Shown here piece after piece: positions 12,150-24,661 of a stretch of DNA of 64,000 nucleotides (its first letter is position 1; each line of letters begins with the position of its first letter). Source of the stretch: the human T2T-CHM13v2.0 reference genome, Homo sapiens; NCBI RefSeq assembly GCF_009914755.1, contig NC_060931.1; one strand, 5' to 3'. A program made the translations under genes and the position numbers. The notes under the pieces are model-generated. The model was not told the DNA's origin. It saw only the letters and a program-made list of their open reading frames with translations, and did not search any database.

Positions 12150-12463
12150 TTCAGTTAGCAGATTTTTCTGGTCACACATCCCAGCATGTGATAACCACAA
12201 GACTATGAGATAATCAAAAGTTGTTCCTTATTAGGAAAAGGCCAAGGATACTTGGATTAATCTGTGTTTCTATTGCTTCTCGGCCTTTTGGCTAAGATCA
12301 AGTGTAATCTGTGTTCTTTTTTATTTGGTCATATCTTCCATTCTTTCTTACCTAATTCCTCTAATATCTCTCTGTGAGCCTAAACCAATAATTATATATT
12401 ACATTCTATTGTCTTTCTTATATAACTGCAGAAAGATAAATATCACTTTGTTTGTTCCTGTAG
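12150..12463 (+). promoter_or_regulatory. Candidate internal promoter / 5'-extended first exon of the short ABCB5 isoforms
   Basis: E-box CATGTG 12185, CCAAT 12385, TATATAA 12419, AGATAA 12434; recollection that short-isoform cDNAs start just upstream of this exon (not verifiable here). Confidence 0.45.
12272..12306 (+). pseudogene. U2 snRNA 5' fragment (nt 1-35), tailless retrocopy
   Basis: ATTGCTTCTCGGCCTTTTGGCTAAGATCAAGTGTA matches U2 nt 1-35 at 34/35; flanked by taatctgtgttt(ct) at 12258-12271 and taatctgtgtt(ct) at 12305-12317. Confidence 0.92.
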
Positions 12464-12577
12464 GTTTTCTTTAGTGTAATCCATAGCAGTTATTGCATTG
12501 GAGCAGCAGTCCCTCACTTTGAAACCTTCGCAATAGCCCGAGGAGCTGCCTTTCATATTTTCCAGGTTATTGATAAG
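12464..12577 (+). CDS. ABCB5: ABCB5 exon ~10 (114 bp): VFFSVIHSSYCIGAAVPHFETFAIARGAAFHIFQVIDK
   Basis: ctgtag| acceptor, AAG|gtaaga donor; TM6 and ARGAA motif. Confidence 0.95.
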
Positions 12578-12896
12578 GTAAGACCTCTTATTGCTTTGAA
12601 GAATAACTATCATTACTGCAAGAAGGAGACAAAAAAACATACACCCTCATTTTCACTAAAACAATAGGATGGACAAATTTAATGTTGGCCAGTTGTTTAT
12701 GGGAAAGAGAGACTGCCTTTAATTCTTTTCTAAGAGGAGATTGTGTTGTATTGAAACCTTCATGTCTAACTCAATGCACTTCTAAAGCAGAAAGGAAACT
12801 GTCATGGAAGAAAACCATCCTTATACTATTTTTAAAATGTAGAGACTGTCAGTTTACTCCTTTGAAGATTTATAACATTTCCTTTGTTTTTCCAAG

Positions 12897-13007
12897 AAAC
12901 CCAGTATAGATAACTTTTCCACAGCTGGATATAAACCTGAATCCATAGAAGGAACTGTGGAATTTAAAAATGTTTCTTTCAATTATCCATCAAGACCATC
13001 TATCAAG
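12897..13007 (+). CDS. ABCB5: ABCB5 exon ~11 (111 bp): KPSIDNFSTAGYKPESIEGTVEFKNVSFNYPSRPSIK (start of NBD1, A-loop)
   Basis: tccaag| acceptor, AAG|gtaggt donor; EFKNVSFNYPSR motif. Confidence 0.95.
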
Positions 13008-14950
13008 GTAGGTTAAAACAAATTACGCAATTGTGCAGTTTTCTGATATTATCTTCTACTGGCCAAGATCTTCTCTGACATGATTACTTAGGATCACTTT
13101 TTTCCAAGATTTTGGCTACTTTGCTTAGAGACTTGAGGAGGTAGATAAATAATGGACAAATAACTCTGGATCAACTAGTTATATTTTGCAGCATTCTTTC
13201 TATATTCAACTGACTAAAGCATTTTCAGCTCCGTGAAATTCTTCTACTCTGGGTTTGGGAACACACCTAAATGTCTTGGGTTGACGCTGCCACCTGTTGG
13301 TGGTTCCTAGATGCTACCCCACTCAACATACTCATTTTAACCCCCTCGTCTCTAACCTAGGAGAATTATGCACATGTGCCTTTCCCTTCTTCCTTTCCTG
13401 GGGCTTTTACTGCAGCAGCAATTGCGGCTAGTACTTTATCGCCTTTACACACACGCACACACACACGCAGTTTATCCTACTCCATCATTCAGTCTTTGAC
13501 AAGTTCTTGTGAAAATGTGTGTCTTTTTTATTGTCTTCCCCCTTTCACTTCATTAGTGTATTTACCAAAAAAGTAGTTGTTGTTAAAGATTGCACAAGGC
13601 GATTACTAATAAAACACTGGCTTCATAGAAAAAGACATGATTTTAAGTGAAATAGATAAAATTACTAGTGTGATCAATTTCTAATGTCTGCTACAGAATT
13701 TGTATAAAGACCTACCTACTCCTACTTCCTTATTTTTTTTCTGATTAAAACTTTGATCGAAATTCTCTTTTCAAAGCTCTTTAGTTTTGAAAGTTGTTAC
13801 TTAATTACCGATTACCATTATTGGTATAGTATTGACTTCCACCATTTTTCTTAACTGTACAGTATTTCAAACTACATTTTGCAACTGTATTTGGATTGGC
13901 TTCCTAGGGACTTCAGCACCAATTGTGCCATTATATTGCATGGGAAAGTGTTCTTTGGGTTTTAAACAACTATTTTTAAAATGAACTTTTGAAACATAAC
14001 CCTTTTTGTTAAACTAAAGAATGAAATTTTGGGGGGGTCCACCTATTTTAAATAAATAAATTCTTTCAAGGAATGACCAGAAACCAAATCTAGAGTAAAA
14101 GTGCAGGTGTGAGAAGAGGTACTCCTACTGGTGGTCCCCGATTTCTCACCTCCTTCAGAGAACTTTTCTCGGCTTGGCCCTCTGAAGGTTTTATGTTTGG
14201 CTTATGCAAAGGGTCCATTGCTTTACAAATGGTGAGATCAAAGCAAGAGAATTCAAAGGGAGATTCCCCTGTTTAGGGCTAACTACATACAGATGCAAGC
14301 AAAGATAGGTGAGAATTTCTCAACAGGATCACTGTTGTCATTTCGAGAGGGTAATTATTGTGAGGCTTCAATCACATTGCAGGTCCCTGGCACACTAAAT
14401 GCTGTAGCAACCCCAGTCATTGAGAAAATGTTTAAAGTGTTCCCTCATGGGTCACCATGAGCCCACCAAGGTTTCTAATGATAAACTCTCATCTATCGGG
14501 AGCCACTAAGAAACTTTGCCAGCTGTTTTCCTTTAGAATATGCTTTGCAATTATGTTAGTATGTCCTAAGGAGGAGCTTCATTAAATAGCTTGTGAAAAT
14601 ATCTGGCAAGATCTCATTTACTTGTTACAAATTAAGACTTTCATTAACTTGATAGTCAAAATTCATATAAAATATTTTAGTTGAAAATGTGAACAGTTTA
14701 CTAGTTAATATTCTGAAGTACTCTTAATTTAGTTCTCTTTACATAGAGAGATAATGATAGATTCTTTTACTACTATTTTCTGAAATTATTCAGGCTATTA
14801 CTACACATGTACATGAAACAAACATAACAAGATCTAAATTTGTTTTTAGAAGAATTTGTTTTTGGTTATAATTATGTACTCATTTTCTGAAAATGTGTCC
14901 ATCATCTTCTTATTGTGGTTTTATGATTTTCCCTCCATACATTCCAATAG

Positions 14951-15076
14951 ATTCTGAAAGGTCTGAATCTCAGAATTAAGTCTGGAGAGACAGTCGCCTT
15001 GGTCGGTCTCAATGGCAGTGGGAAGAGTACGGTAGTCCAGCTTCTGCAGAGGTTATATGATCCGGATGATGGCTTT
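14951..15076 (+). CDS. ABCB5: ABCB5 exon ~12 (126 bp) with Walker A GLNGSGKS (15005-15028)
   Basis: caatag| acceptor, TTT|gtaagt donor; [42 protein letters not shown]. Confidence 0.96.
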
Positions 15077-15209
15077 GTAAGTGCAGCTAGCAAAACCATG
15101 CACAGTCCACCTAATGGAATCTGGAAACACCGCAGGGCTGGCAGCTCTGTAACTTTTCATTTTCAACAGTAGAGCTGGGAGAGAAGCCATATTGTTTTCT
15201 TTCCTTTGT

Positions 15210-15410
15210 ATCCATTCACTCAGCAAATATTTATTTAGAGCCTACTATGTGTCAGGCACTGTTTTAGGTTCTGAGAATACCTAGGTGAATAAAACAGATA
15301 AAAATCTGCCCTCATGAAGTTTACATTCTAATAATCAGAGGCAGACAATAAAAAAATAAGTAAATTATATAGTATGTTAGAAGGGAGGGAATGTTGTGGA
15401 GAAAAATAGC
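15210..15410 (-). mobile_element. L2 3' end
   Basis: cattcactcagcaaatatttat...cctactatgtgtcaggcactg. Confidence 0.8.
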
Positions 15411-16348
15411 GTATTAACATCTGTACCCAGTACCTATCAAGAATTTCAAAGTTTGTTCCAGAAGAATGATGTAGAAAACATCTCCACTTTTCTTTTCCTT
15501 TTTTTTTTTTCTTGGAGCTTACAGTGTTGCACTTAACTTTCTCAGCCTTGTAAGTGGCATAGAGGATAAGACAGTGATATTCAAAAGTGATTAATTCTTA
15601 ATGCTTCTGTTCAAAGTTTCAACAGTTATTTTTAAAAGAAAATCTACTCCCCTAGAGCCTGGCTTTATTTAAATTTTACTTCATAGTTTTCATTTGGAGT
15701 ATCCTAGACCCATGTGACTACATAAATTATTAGATGAGTGTTATGTGTATAAAAGAGTTGCATAGAATATCCATGCCCTGACAGAAAACAAGGGTTGGTA
15801 AGAAATAGAGACTCTATGAGTTAGAATTACCAAACCCTGGCTTCTGTCACGGGAATATGTTGGGGTAATTGGCAATGGCACCACCCGTGGAGAAGCCAGA
15901 GGTCACTTATTATCATGTAGAGCAATGAATAGGAGACACTTTTGTCTTTTGCAGAGGTGTGAGATGTTGAAATAATGGCGGCTATTTCCTAGAAGAAATG
16001 TAAGGGTCACATCCAAAACTGAAGTTTTTTGTATGTGTCTACATAATAACATTTGCGGAACCTAGAGTATGTATCTTTATAATATCTAACTTGTGGATCT
16101 TAGAATAAAGATAATCAGATGATCTGGCAAGGTTTTAGGCCAATTATTCTTTTGCAGTTTTGTTGGTGCCCATCTACCAGAAAAAGTCTATGGACAATAT
16201 ATATGTTAGAAATATTTTATCAAAATATAGTCAGTCTTTGATTTCTAAAATATGCTACTTCTCAGCTTATATTTTGGTCTAGTATGAAAAACCCTAAAAT
16301 CAATACAGTAAAAGGCATCACAACATGGTTCATTCTTTGGATTGGCAG

Positions 16349-16552
16349 ATCATGGTGGATGAGAATGACATCAGAGCTTTAAATGTGCGGCATTATCGAG
16401 ACCATATTGGAGTGGTTAGTCAAGAGCCTGTTTTGTTCGGGACCACCATCAGTAACAATATCAAGTATGGACGAGATGATGTGACTGATGAAGAGATGGA
16501 GAGAGCAGCAAGGGAAGCAAATGCGTATGATTTTATCATGGAGTTTCCTAAT
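16349..16552 (+). CDS. ABCB5: ABCB5 exon ~13 (204 bp), Q-loop; contains the ATG (16352) that starts the short alpha/beta isoforms
   Basis: ggcag| acceptor, AAT|gtgagt donor; IMVDENDIRAL...SQEPVLF...ANAYDFIMEFPN; ATC ATG G context. Confidence 0.96.
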
Positions 16553-16680
16553 GTGAGTACACTGTGCAGCCTGTGTCCTTAGCTTATGGTGGCAGCGCTG
16601 CGACATTCCAATATAAGGTAATGAAACAACAACTGATGCAGAATAGTAGGGGTGTGATTAAATTCTGGATTGTCCTAGAA

Positions 16681-16880
16681 CAAGCTTGTCCAACCAGTGG
16701 CACAAGATGGCTTTGAATGAGGTCCAACACAAATTTGTAAACTTTCTTAACACATTATGAGATTTTTTTGTGATTTTTAAAATCTTATCAGCTATTGTTA
16801 ATTTTAGTGTATTTAATGTGTGGCCCAAGACAATTCTTCTTTCAATGTGGCCCAGGGAAGCCAAAAAATTGGACACTCCT
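16681..16880. mobile_element. MER30-like hAT MITE
   Basis: caagcttgtccaa...ttggacactcctg termini; tgtggcccaagacaattctt. Confidence 0.85.
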
Positions 16881-17214
16881 GTATGAAACATCTGTAGAGA
16901 AGAATGCATAGTAACAACCAAAAGAAGAAATGCATCATTGAAAGGCCAGATTGAAAAGAATCATATTTTGTTCTGCAATTGAAAAAGAAAAAAATGAAAG
17001 ATATGTTAAAGCATAACAAAGAAATATGAAACAAAATCATCAGACCAAGCTGAGAAATTATGTCTAAAATGTTTATTTGCGAGGCCATCTTGTGGCTGAG
17101 AGTGGGAAAGTCATACACACAATGTTCAGATTGGTTCTGTGACAAACCACAAGAAAAACTATGATCATTTTTTAAAGCACAGGAAGCTAACATTGCATAA
17201 GAAATGTGAAATCA

Positions 17215-17505
<291 letters not shown>

Positions 17506-20090
17506 AGTGAAATCATATTTGGAAAGCAATATAGTCCCCAAAAGAGTGAAATCATATTTGGAAAGCAATATAGTAAGCTAAAATTATTGTTAACCAGACT
17601 TACGAGATCTTAATGGGTATTTAGAATTAATGGGGTGCTGTAAAGCCTTTTTTTAAAAATATTTCCTGAAGTATTAGATCCTCAGCATCCCCTGAAATTG
17701 TTGTGCGGAGCACCTTGTTACATATGAAAGGATGAGATTTGCAATTAAAATACATATAAAATTCCACCATCCCAGAGGGTCACAATAACAGAAATGTTTA
17801 TTTTAATGGGCATATTTCACAAACCAAACTTGACGGACTGTAATAATTTTATTCTTGGTTTTTAATTTAAAAAATTTGTTATGCCAGTAATTGTCTCTTG
17901 TCCCCATTATTTAGGATCATAATTAGGACATATTTAGGCCAAAAAAATCATTAAAGATTTAAGGTGCTTCTTAAATCTTTGGGAACACACATTTCCTTTT
18001 GTTGATGTTTTGCCCCTTTCAATGACTTCCTTTCCTTAAAACATCAATGCTCTCATTTCCCACTTAGAATTAGGGAGCTTTCTGATGCCTCTTAAATCAT
18101 ACCCTGTAAGTTACTACTTGCTTTTACCAAAAGCCAAATACTACACAAAGATGTCCCTTGCTATAAATCTAATAATAAATTCAGAAGATATAACCAAAAT
18201 AAATTAAAGATAGTAGCTTATCATGATGAAACCTAAATTCCACAGCCATAGCTAACCAGAAAAATGAGGAAACACAATAATGAATGAAAGTTCCAGAAGT
18301 GGCTAATTTAGGTAGGTAAAAAATTGGGGAAAGCTATTGTAAAAAAATGTATAACATTACTTCCCTTATAATATACACAGATTTTAAAATTAATGTATAA
18401 TAATTAGCTGATACTGGTTAGCCTTTCACTCATAAACAACCATGAAATTGGATAAAACATATGAGGCCAAGGGCAGTCATTTCCATGCATTGGATGAGAG
18501 GTAATGAAAGACTGATTCCTAACAGAGAGGAATCTCATAAAGGTACTCCATGAATTCTGTCTGGGAACACTGAGCTGAAAGGCAAAGCTCAAATTTCAGG
18601 GCAGCTTGGGCAGCTGGAAAGGTGATAAGAAATCACCTGTGGCGATGAGGCAGGGGCAGAAGCCCAGTCTGTATGGGCATCCCTCAGGAATCCTTGTCTG
18701 AGGATAAGACTACCTACCCAAGGCTCACCAGAGAGTGGCAGCCATAAAGCTGCAAGCGGAACACTGGATAGAAGTCAGGCAGTGCTGCGGGGGCGTTGAA
18801 AGTGCAGCGCAGCTGGAATGGAGAGATCACATTAACACCTTTTTAACACCCCAGGCAAGTAGCTAAAACACCAAAAAAGCCACACCTTAGGAGTCAGGAC
18901 CACACCTTAGAGTAAGATCTACCTGCCCTAACAAACCCTGAGACCAATCCATGACAAGATGCCCAGAGAAGAGAGGTTTTGGAGGTTGTGTTCTGCCAAG
19001 TTATGTGGCTTTCTACAAATTCACCCCAAGGAAACCTAAAATGAAGATTGCACAAGTTCAAGATCAGTCAGTGCTTGAGTTGCCTACTAGAGACAAAAAT
19101 CAGCACTGTTTTTTTTTTGTTTTTGTTTTTGTTTTCAGAAGAAAACAGAACTTAGAGTCTCTTCAACACAACAATTACAGTACTCAGTACATCATTTACA
19201 AAAACCAGACATGCAAAGAAACAGAAAAATATGGCCTGTATGCAAGAAACATAATCCTAAAAGTTTATTCTTTAAGAAAAGGGCTTCAAAATACATGAAG
19301 CAAAAACTGATACATCTGAAAGGAGAAAGACAAATCCACAACTTTAGTTGAGGCCTTCAGTGCTTGATAGAACAAGCAGGTGGAATATCAGTAAGAATAT
19401 AGATGAACAATACTAACAGGCAGCTAGATTTCACTGGCATTTATACGACATTCCAGCCAACAACAGCAGAATACATTCTCAAGTGCACACGCAACATTCT
19501 CTAAAATAAACAATATTCTGGGCCATCAAAACAAACAAAACAAAACTGTAGCTCTTTCAAATAATAGAAAACATAGAAAATATGTTCTCAGACCATAATA
19601 TAAGTAAACTACACAAATATTTGAAAAATCACAAAAAACAATTCTAAAGAATATATATCTCAAAAAAGAAATTTCAAGAAAAATGAAAAACTATTCTGAA
19701 CTAAATCAAAATGAAATTGCAATGTATTAGTATTTGTGAGATATAGTTAAAGTATTGCTCTGAGAGAAACTTATAGTATTTAATGCTTATTTTCGGAAAA
19801 GAAAAAAGATCTACAGTCTGCAAACCTAATTTTCACCTACAGAAACTAGAGAAGGAAGAGCAAATTAACCCAAAACAAGCAAGACTAAGTAAATAGAAAT
19901 TACAGTAGAAATCAGTAAAACCAAAAACTGAAAAACATCAATTACTGAAACCAAAAGCTGGTTCACTGAAAAGATTAAAAAAAAAAAAAGTATAACTGTA
20001 GCAAAGCTGAAAAAAGAGAGAGAGAGAGAAAAGAGATGGCCAGTATCAGGAATGAAAGAAGGTACATGACTATTGATTCTAAGGACATTA

Positions 20091-20457
<367 letters not shown>

Positions 20458-21822
20458 TTACAAATGAAATTAAAATAAAAAGCAGTATTCACAAAGCATC
20501 AACAGACAAAATGCTTAAGAATAAATTTAATGAAAGACGTGCAAGTCTTCTAGTAAAAACTATATTATGCTGATAGACATGAAAAGATCTAAAGAAATAG
20601 AAAGTACCTTATTCATTGATTTAGAAACTCCATATTTTTAAAGATTTGCATTCTCTCCAAGTTGATATATAAATATTGTGCTTTATCAATCAAAATCTCA
20701 CCAGTTTTTATGTGTATGTGTAGAAACTGACATGTTGATTCCAAAATTTATTTGGAAATTCAAAAGACCAACAATAGCCAAAACAATTTTGAAAGAAAGA
20801 CCAAAGCTGGAGGACCTAAATATCTAATTTTAAGACAGCAATTAAGATCGTGGTAGTGGCATAATGATGGTTGTATAGATCAGTACAATGGAACAGAGAG
20901 ACCAGAAATAGATTCACAAATATCTACTAAGTTAATTTTTGACAAGGCGAATGGAACTCAGTGGGGGAAAGAAATATCTTTTCAACAAATGGTGCTGGAA
21001 CAATTGGTTATCCTTGTGGAAAAAATAAAATGTGACCTTTACTTTACATCACACACAAAAATTAATTTGCCATAGACCTTGTACCAAAATTGTAAAGCGT
21101 AAACTTCAAAAATTAAAACTTACGAAAAAATCTTTGTAACTTTGAGAGAGGCAAAAGTTTCTTAGACTGAAAAGCATTACTATAAAAAAAAGATAAACTG
21201 GAGTGTACTAAAGTTAAAACCTCCTTTTTAAAAGACATCATTTAGAAAACAAAAAGGCAAGACAGAGAGCACAAGAAAATATTTATAATATACATGTCCG
21301 ACAAGGACATGAATCCAGAATATATAAAGAACTGCTATAGCTTGATGAGGAGACAAAAAATAGAAATTAAAAATGGGCAAAAATTTGAACAGACATTTTA
21401 CAAAAGAAGAATCAAATGAACAATACATACATTGAAAATATGCACCATTATTAGTCACCAGAGAACTCTAAAATAAAACGATAATGAGATACCATTTTAC
21501 ACTCTTAGAATGGCCAAAATTAAAAAGACTAACAAATGTAACTTTTGGTGATGATGTAAGCAATTAGATCTCTCATTCATTCAAATAAAAGTGAAATCAG
21601 TATAATCATTCTAGAAAGCAATTTGGCAGTTTATTATAATGTTAAACATACACTTATGACTCAGCATTCTATTCCTAGGTATTTATTCAAAATAAATGAA
21701 AACATGACCACAAAAATATCTTGTACATGAATATTCATAGCAGCTTTATTTATAATAGCCAAAAATAGGAAACAATTTAAGTGTTCATCAGCAGTTGAAT
21801 GAACAAATTGTGATAGATCTAA

Positions 21823-22135
21823 TTTTTCTTTTTCCTTTTTCTTTTTTTTTTTTTTTTTTTTGATATGGGGTCTCACTCTGTCACCTAGGGTGGAGTGCAA
21901 TGCACAATCTCAGCTCACTGCAGCCTCGACTTCCCAGGCTCCCAGGCTCAGGCAGTCCTTCCACCTCAGCCTCCTGAGTAGCTCATGCCACTACACCTGG
22001 CTAATTTTTGTATTTTTTGTAGAGACAGGGTTTCACCATGTTGCCCAGGCTGGTGTCAAACTCCTGGCTTCAACCAATCCACCCACCACAACCTCCCAAA
22101 GTGCTGGGATTACAGGTGTGAACCACCACACCCGG
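21823..22135 (-). mobile_element. AluJ
   Basis: TSD acaaattgtgatagatcta near 21804 and 22136. Confidence 0.92.
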
Positions 22136-22151
22136 ACAAATTGTGATAGAT

Positions 22152-22335
22152 CTAGAGTTGCCAGATGAACTACTGGATTCCCAGTTAAATTTGAATTTCA
22201 GATAATGAATAATTTTTTAGCAATATTGCATAAAACATACTTATACTAAAAAAAACTCATTGCTTTTCTGAATTCAAATGTAACAGCTTTGTGTTTTCTT
22301 GTGTGTTGTTTGTTTTTGCTAAATCTGGCAACCCA
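22152..22335. mobile_element. MER53-like hAT MITE
   Basis: TIRs tagagttgccagat ... atctggcaacccaa. Confidence 0.8.
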
Positions 22336-23434
22336 AGGTAAACTCGCATTGTGTGGAACACTACTTAGCAATAAATAGGAGTGAACAACTGATACAACAT
22401 GGATGAATATCAAAAACATTAAGCTAGGTAAAAGAAACAAGCCAAAGAAGTACATACTGTATGATTTCATTTACATAAAGTTCTAGATCCAGGAAAATTC
22501 ATGTATAGTGATAAAAATCAAATCAGCGGTATCTGCAGGCATGGTATGGGTTTTGACTGAAAAAAGTGACATAAGGAAACTTACTAGGGCTACAGAAATG
22601 TTCTATATCTTTATTGGTATGGTGGTAACATGGGTGTACTCATTTGTCAATACTCATAGACTTATATCCTTAAAATGGATGCATTTTATTGTGTGTAAAT
22701 TTCTTCAAAAAGCCTGATTTTTTAAATGTGAAGATCAATCTCTAGAAATTAAGGGTTTAGAAAGAATATTTAAATTTATCTCCGTGAAGAAATAAACTTT
22801 GAATCAGGGACGTAACCCAGTAGAATATTACTAGCCATGTTTCCTGGGCGCTAGAAGTTACCCCTACCACAAATATGGAAGACAAAATATCTACTTTGTT
22901 AAAGATAAATTTATTTTAAAACAAATCAAAAGAACACCTAAAAAGTATCTCAAGATGGAAAAAACGTTTTAGGGGAAAGTTTGTTTTGGTAGCAATTTTT
23001 TTTCATGCTGTTTTTCAGAGTATCCAGGAAGGAAATTGTGGGTAACATACCAAATTGCTAATAAACACTGCAGAAAATAGGTATTTGTATTACAGTGGTT
23101 CTTTTAAAGATTTCAAAGCATTCTAAAAATATCTAAAAGAGATTTGGACATTAGTTTAAATTATTATTAATTTTTCTAAATACATTTGATTATAATGAGG
23201 TCTAATTTATTTTAGTCCTAGCCAAATTTTTCTTATGTCCTCTCTTCTTTGGGCTCTTTTTTTTTTTTTTACAGCGGTTTGTTTTCACAAAGAACAAATC
23301 AAAAGACATAAGCACCCAGAGGCTGAAGTACTGATTAAGCTGATATTAAAACACAACTGGGATTGTCATTTCCTGTTCTAACCATTTGATCACGCTGCCT
23401 TCTGTTTCTGTGCTTCTTTCCTATTTTTCATTAG

Positions 23435-23605
23435 AAATTTAATACATTGGTAGGGGAAAAAGGAGCTCAAATGAGTGGAGGGCAGAAACAGAGGATCGCA
23501 ATTGCTCGTGCCTTAGTTCGAAACCCCAAGATTCTGATTTTAGATGAGGCTACGTCTGCCCTGGATTCAGAAAGCAAGTCAGCTGTTCAAGCTGCACTGG
23601 AGAAG
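23435..23605 (+). CDS. ABCB5: ABCB5 exon ~14 (171 bp): signature MSGGQ, Walker B ILILDE, D-loop SALD
   Basis: cattag| acceptor, AAG|gtaagt donor. Confidence 0.97.
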
Positions 23606-23994
23606 GTAAGTGAGCAGAAACGTTTCTTATTTCCATACTCCTGGTTCATTATTGTTTTGAAGTACAAGAAAGTATAGATCTGTAATAGATTACTCAAGTT
23701 GAGAGCCCTCTTAAGGTATAAAGGCAGGATGTTAATCCACTGAGAACTTACGTGATGGCTATAGGAAGTGGTTTAGAGGACAGAAGGAGATGCTGTGGTT
23801 GGTTGGTGTAAAAATATATACATGAGGCTGATACACAAGCAATCATCCAGTCTATACCTCCATTCCAAGTGGTTTGCACTTTCCACCTCCCTAGAGTGGC
23901 CCACCACTATCATCACTATTATAACCATGCCCACCCTTTGCTTCTTCTACATACACCTGTGGGATTCTCTTCTCTGACCACTTTTCTTCTTTAG

Positions 23995-24018
23995 GATACC
24001 CCCAGGTATTCATTTTGA
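23995..24018 (+). CDS. ABCB5: Coding part of the alternative terminal exon of ABCB5 alpha (DTPRYSF*)
   Basis: Pyrimidine tract cttttcttctttag| then GAT ACC CCC AGG TAT TCA TTT TGA. From Met 16352, 124 aa + 7 aa = 131 aa, the known alpha length. AATAAA candidates at 25043 and 25074. Confidence 0.85.
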   Translation, partial: DTPRYSF

Positions 24019-24661
24019 CCTAATTTCACCTCAAGTGGAGAATCGCTGACCTTGAACCAGCGCCCTTCGACAGCTCTGGCCCCTCAAACCTCACCCTGAC
24101 CTCCTGCTGCCTATGAGCTACTGCACATACCTCAAGGCCATATGCAGTTGTGGCCCTGCACCAAATTACACTGAATCTAGGAGGGGAGTTGGCAGTGGCG
24201 GTATGAAAAACCATTGAACAGTTTTCTCGATGGCCTGACTCCCTTATAAACCAGAGCCTTCAGACCCCTTACAAGGCTTAATGGCACATTTTACTTTGCA
24301 TTTGCTTGGAAGTGAGTTAAGCGTTTTTTTTTCTCTAAGAAAATCGCAGGCTTCTTTTTTTAAAATGCTGACTTTATGGAACCAGAAACGGATACTGGCA
24401 GGCTAAATGTCCACTGCTTCTTGAAAAATCTCTTAGTTACTATTATTTAGTAGCAAATCAGATTGTGCAAGTTTGAACGCTTGTTTCCCTCCCATAATAA
24501 CAATGCCACATGTTGCTTGTGTGATAAATAATCTTTGTTTACTGTGGACACTTCGGCAATTTGGTTCATCTTGGTACAGAAAATACAAAGACAGGACTAA
24601 TATTTTATTCATTTTTTATACTTAGTAACTAGGACAGGGATCTGTATTTAGACTATATTCA

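Noticed and set aside
23606-23677. ORF-track extensions beyond exon ends (VSEQKRF...; also 16553-16582 and 51799-51882)
   Set aside because: Read-through past GT donors into introns; P-gp homology stops at the donor.
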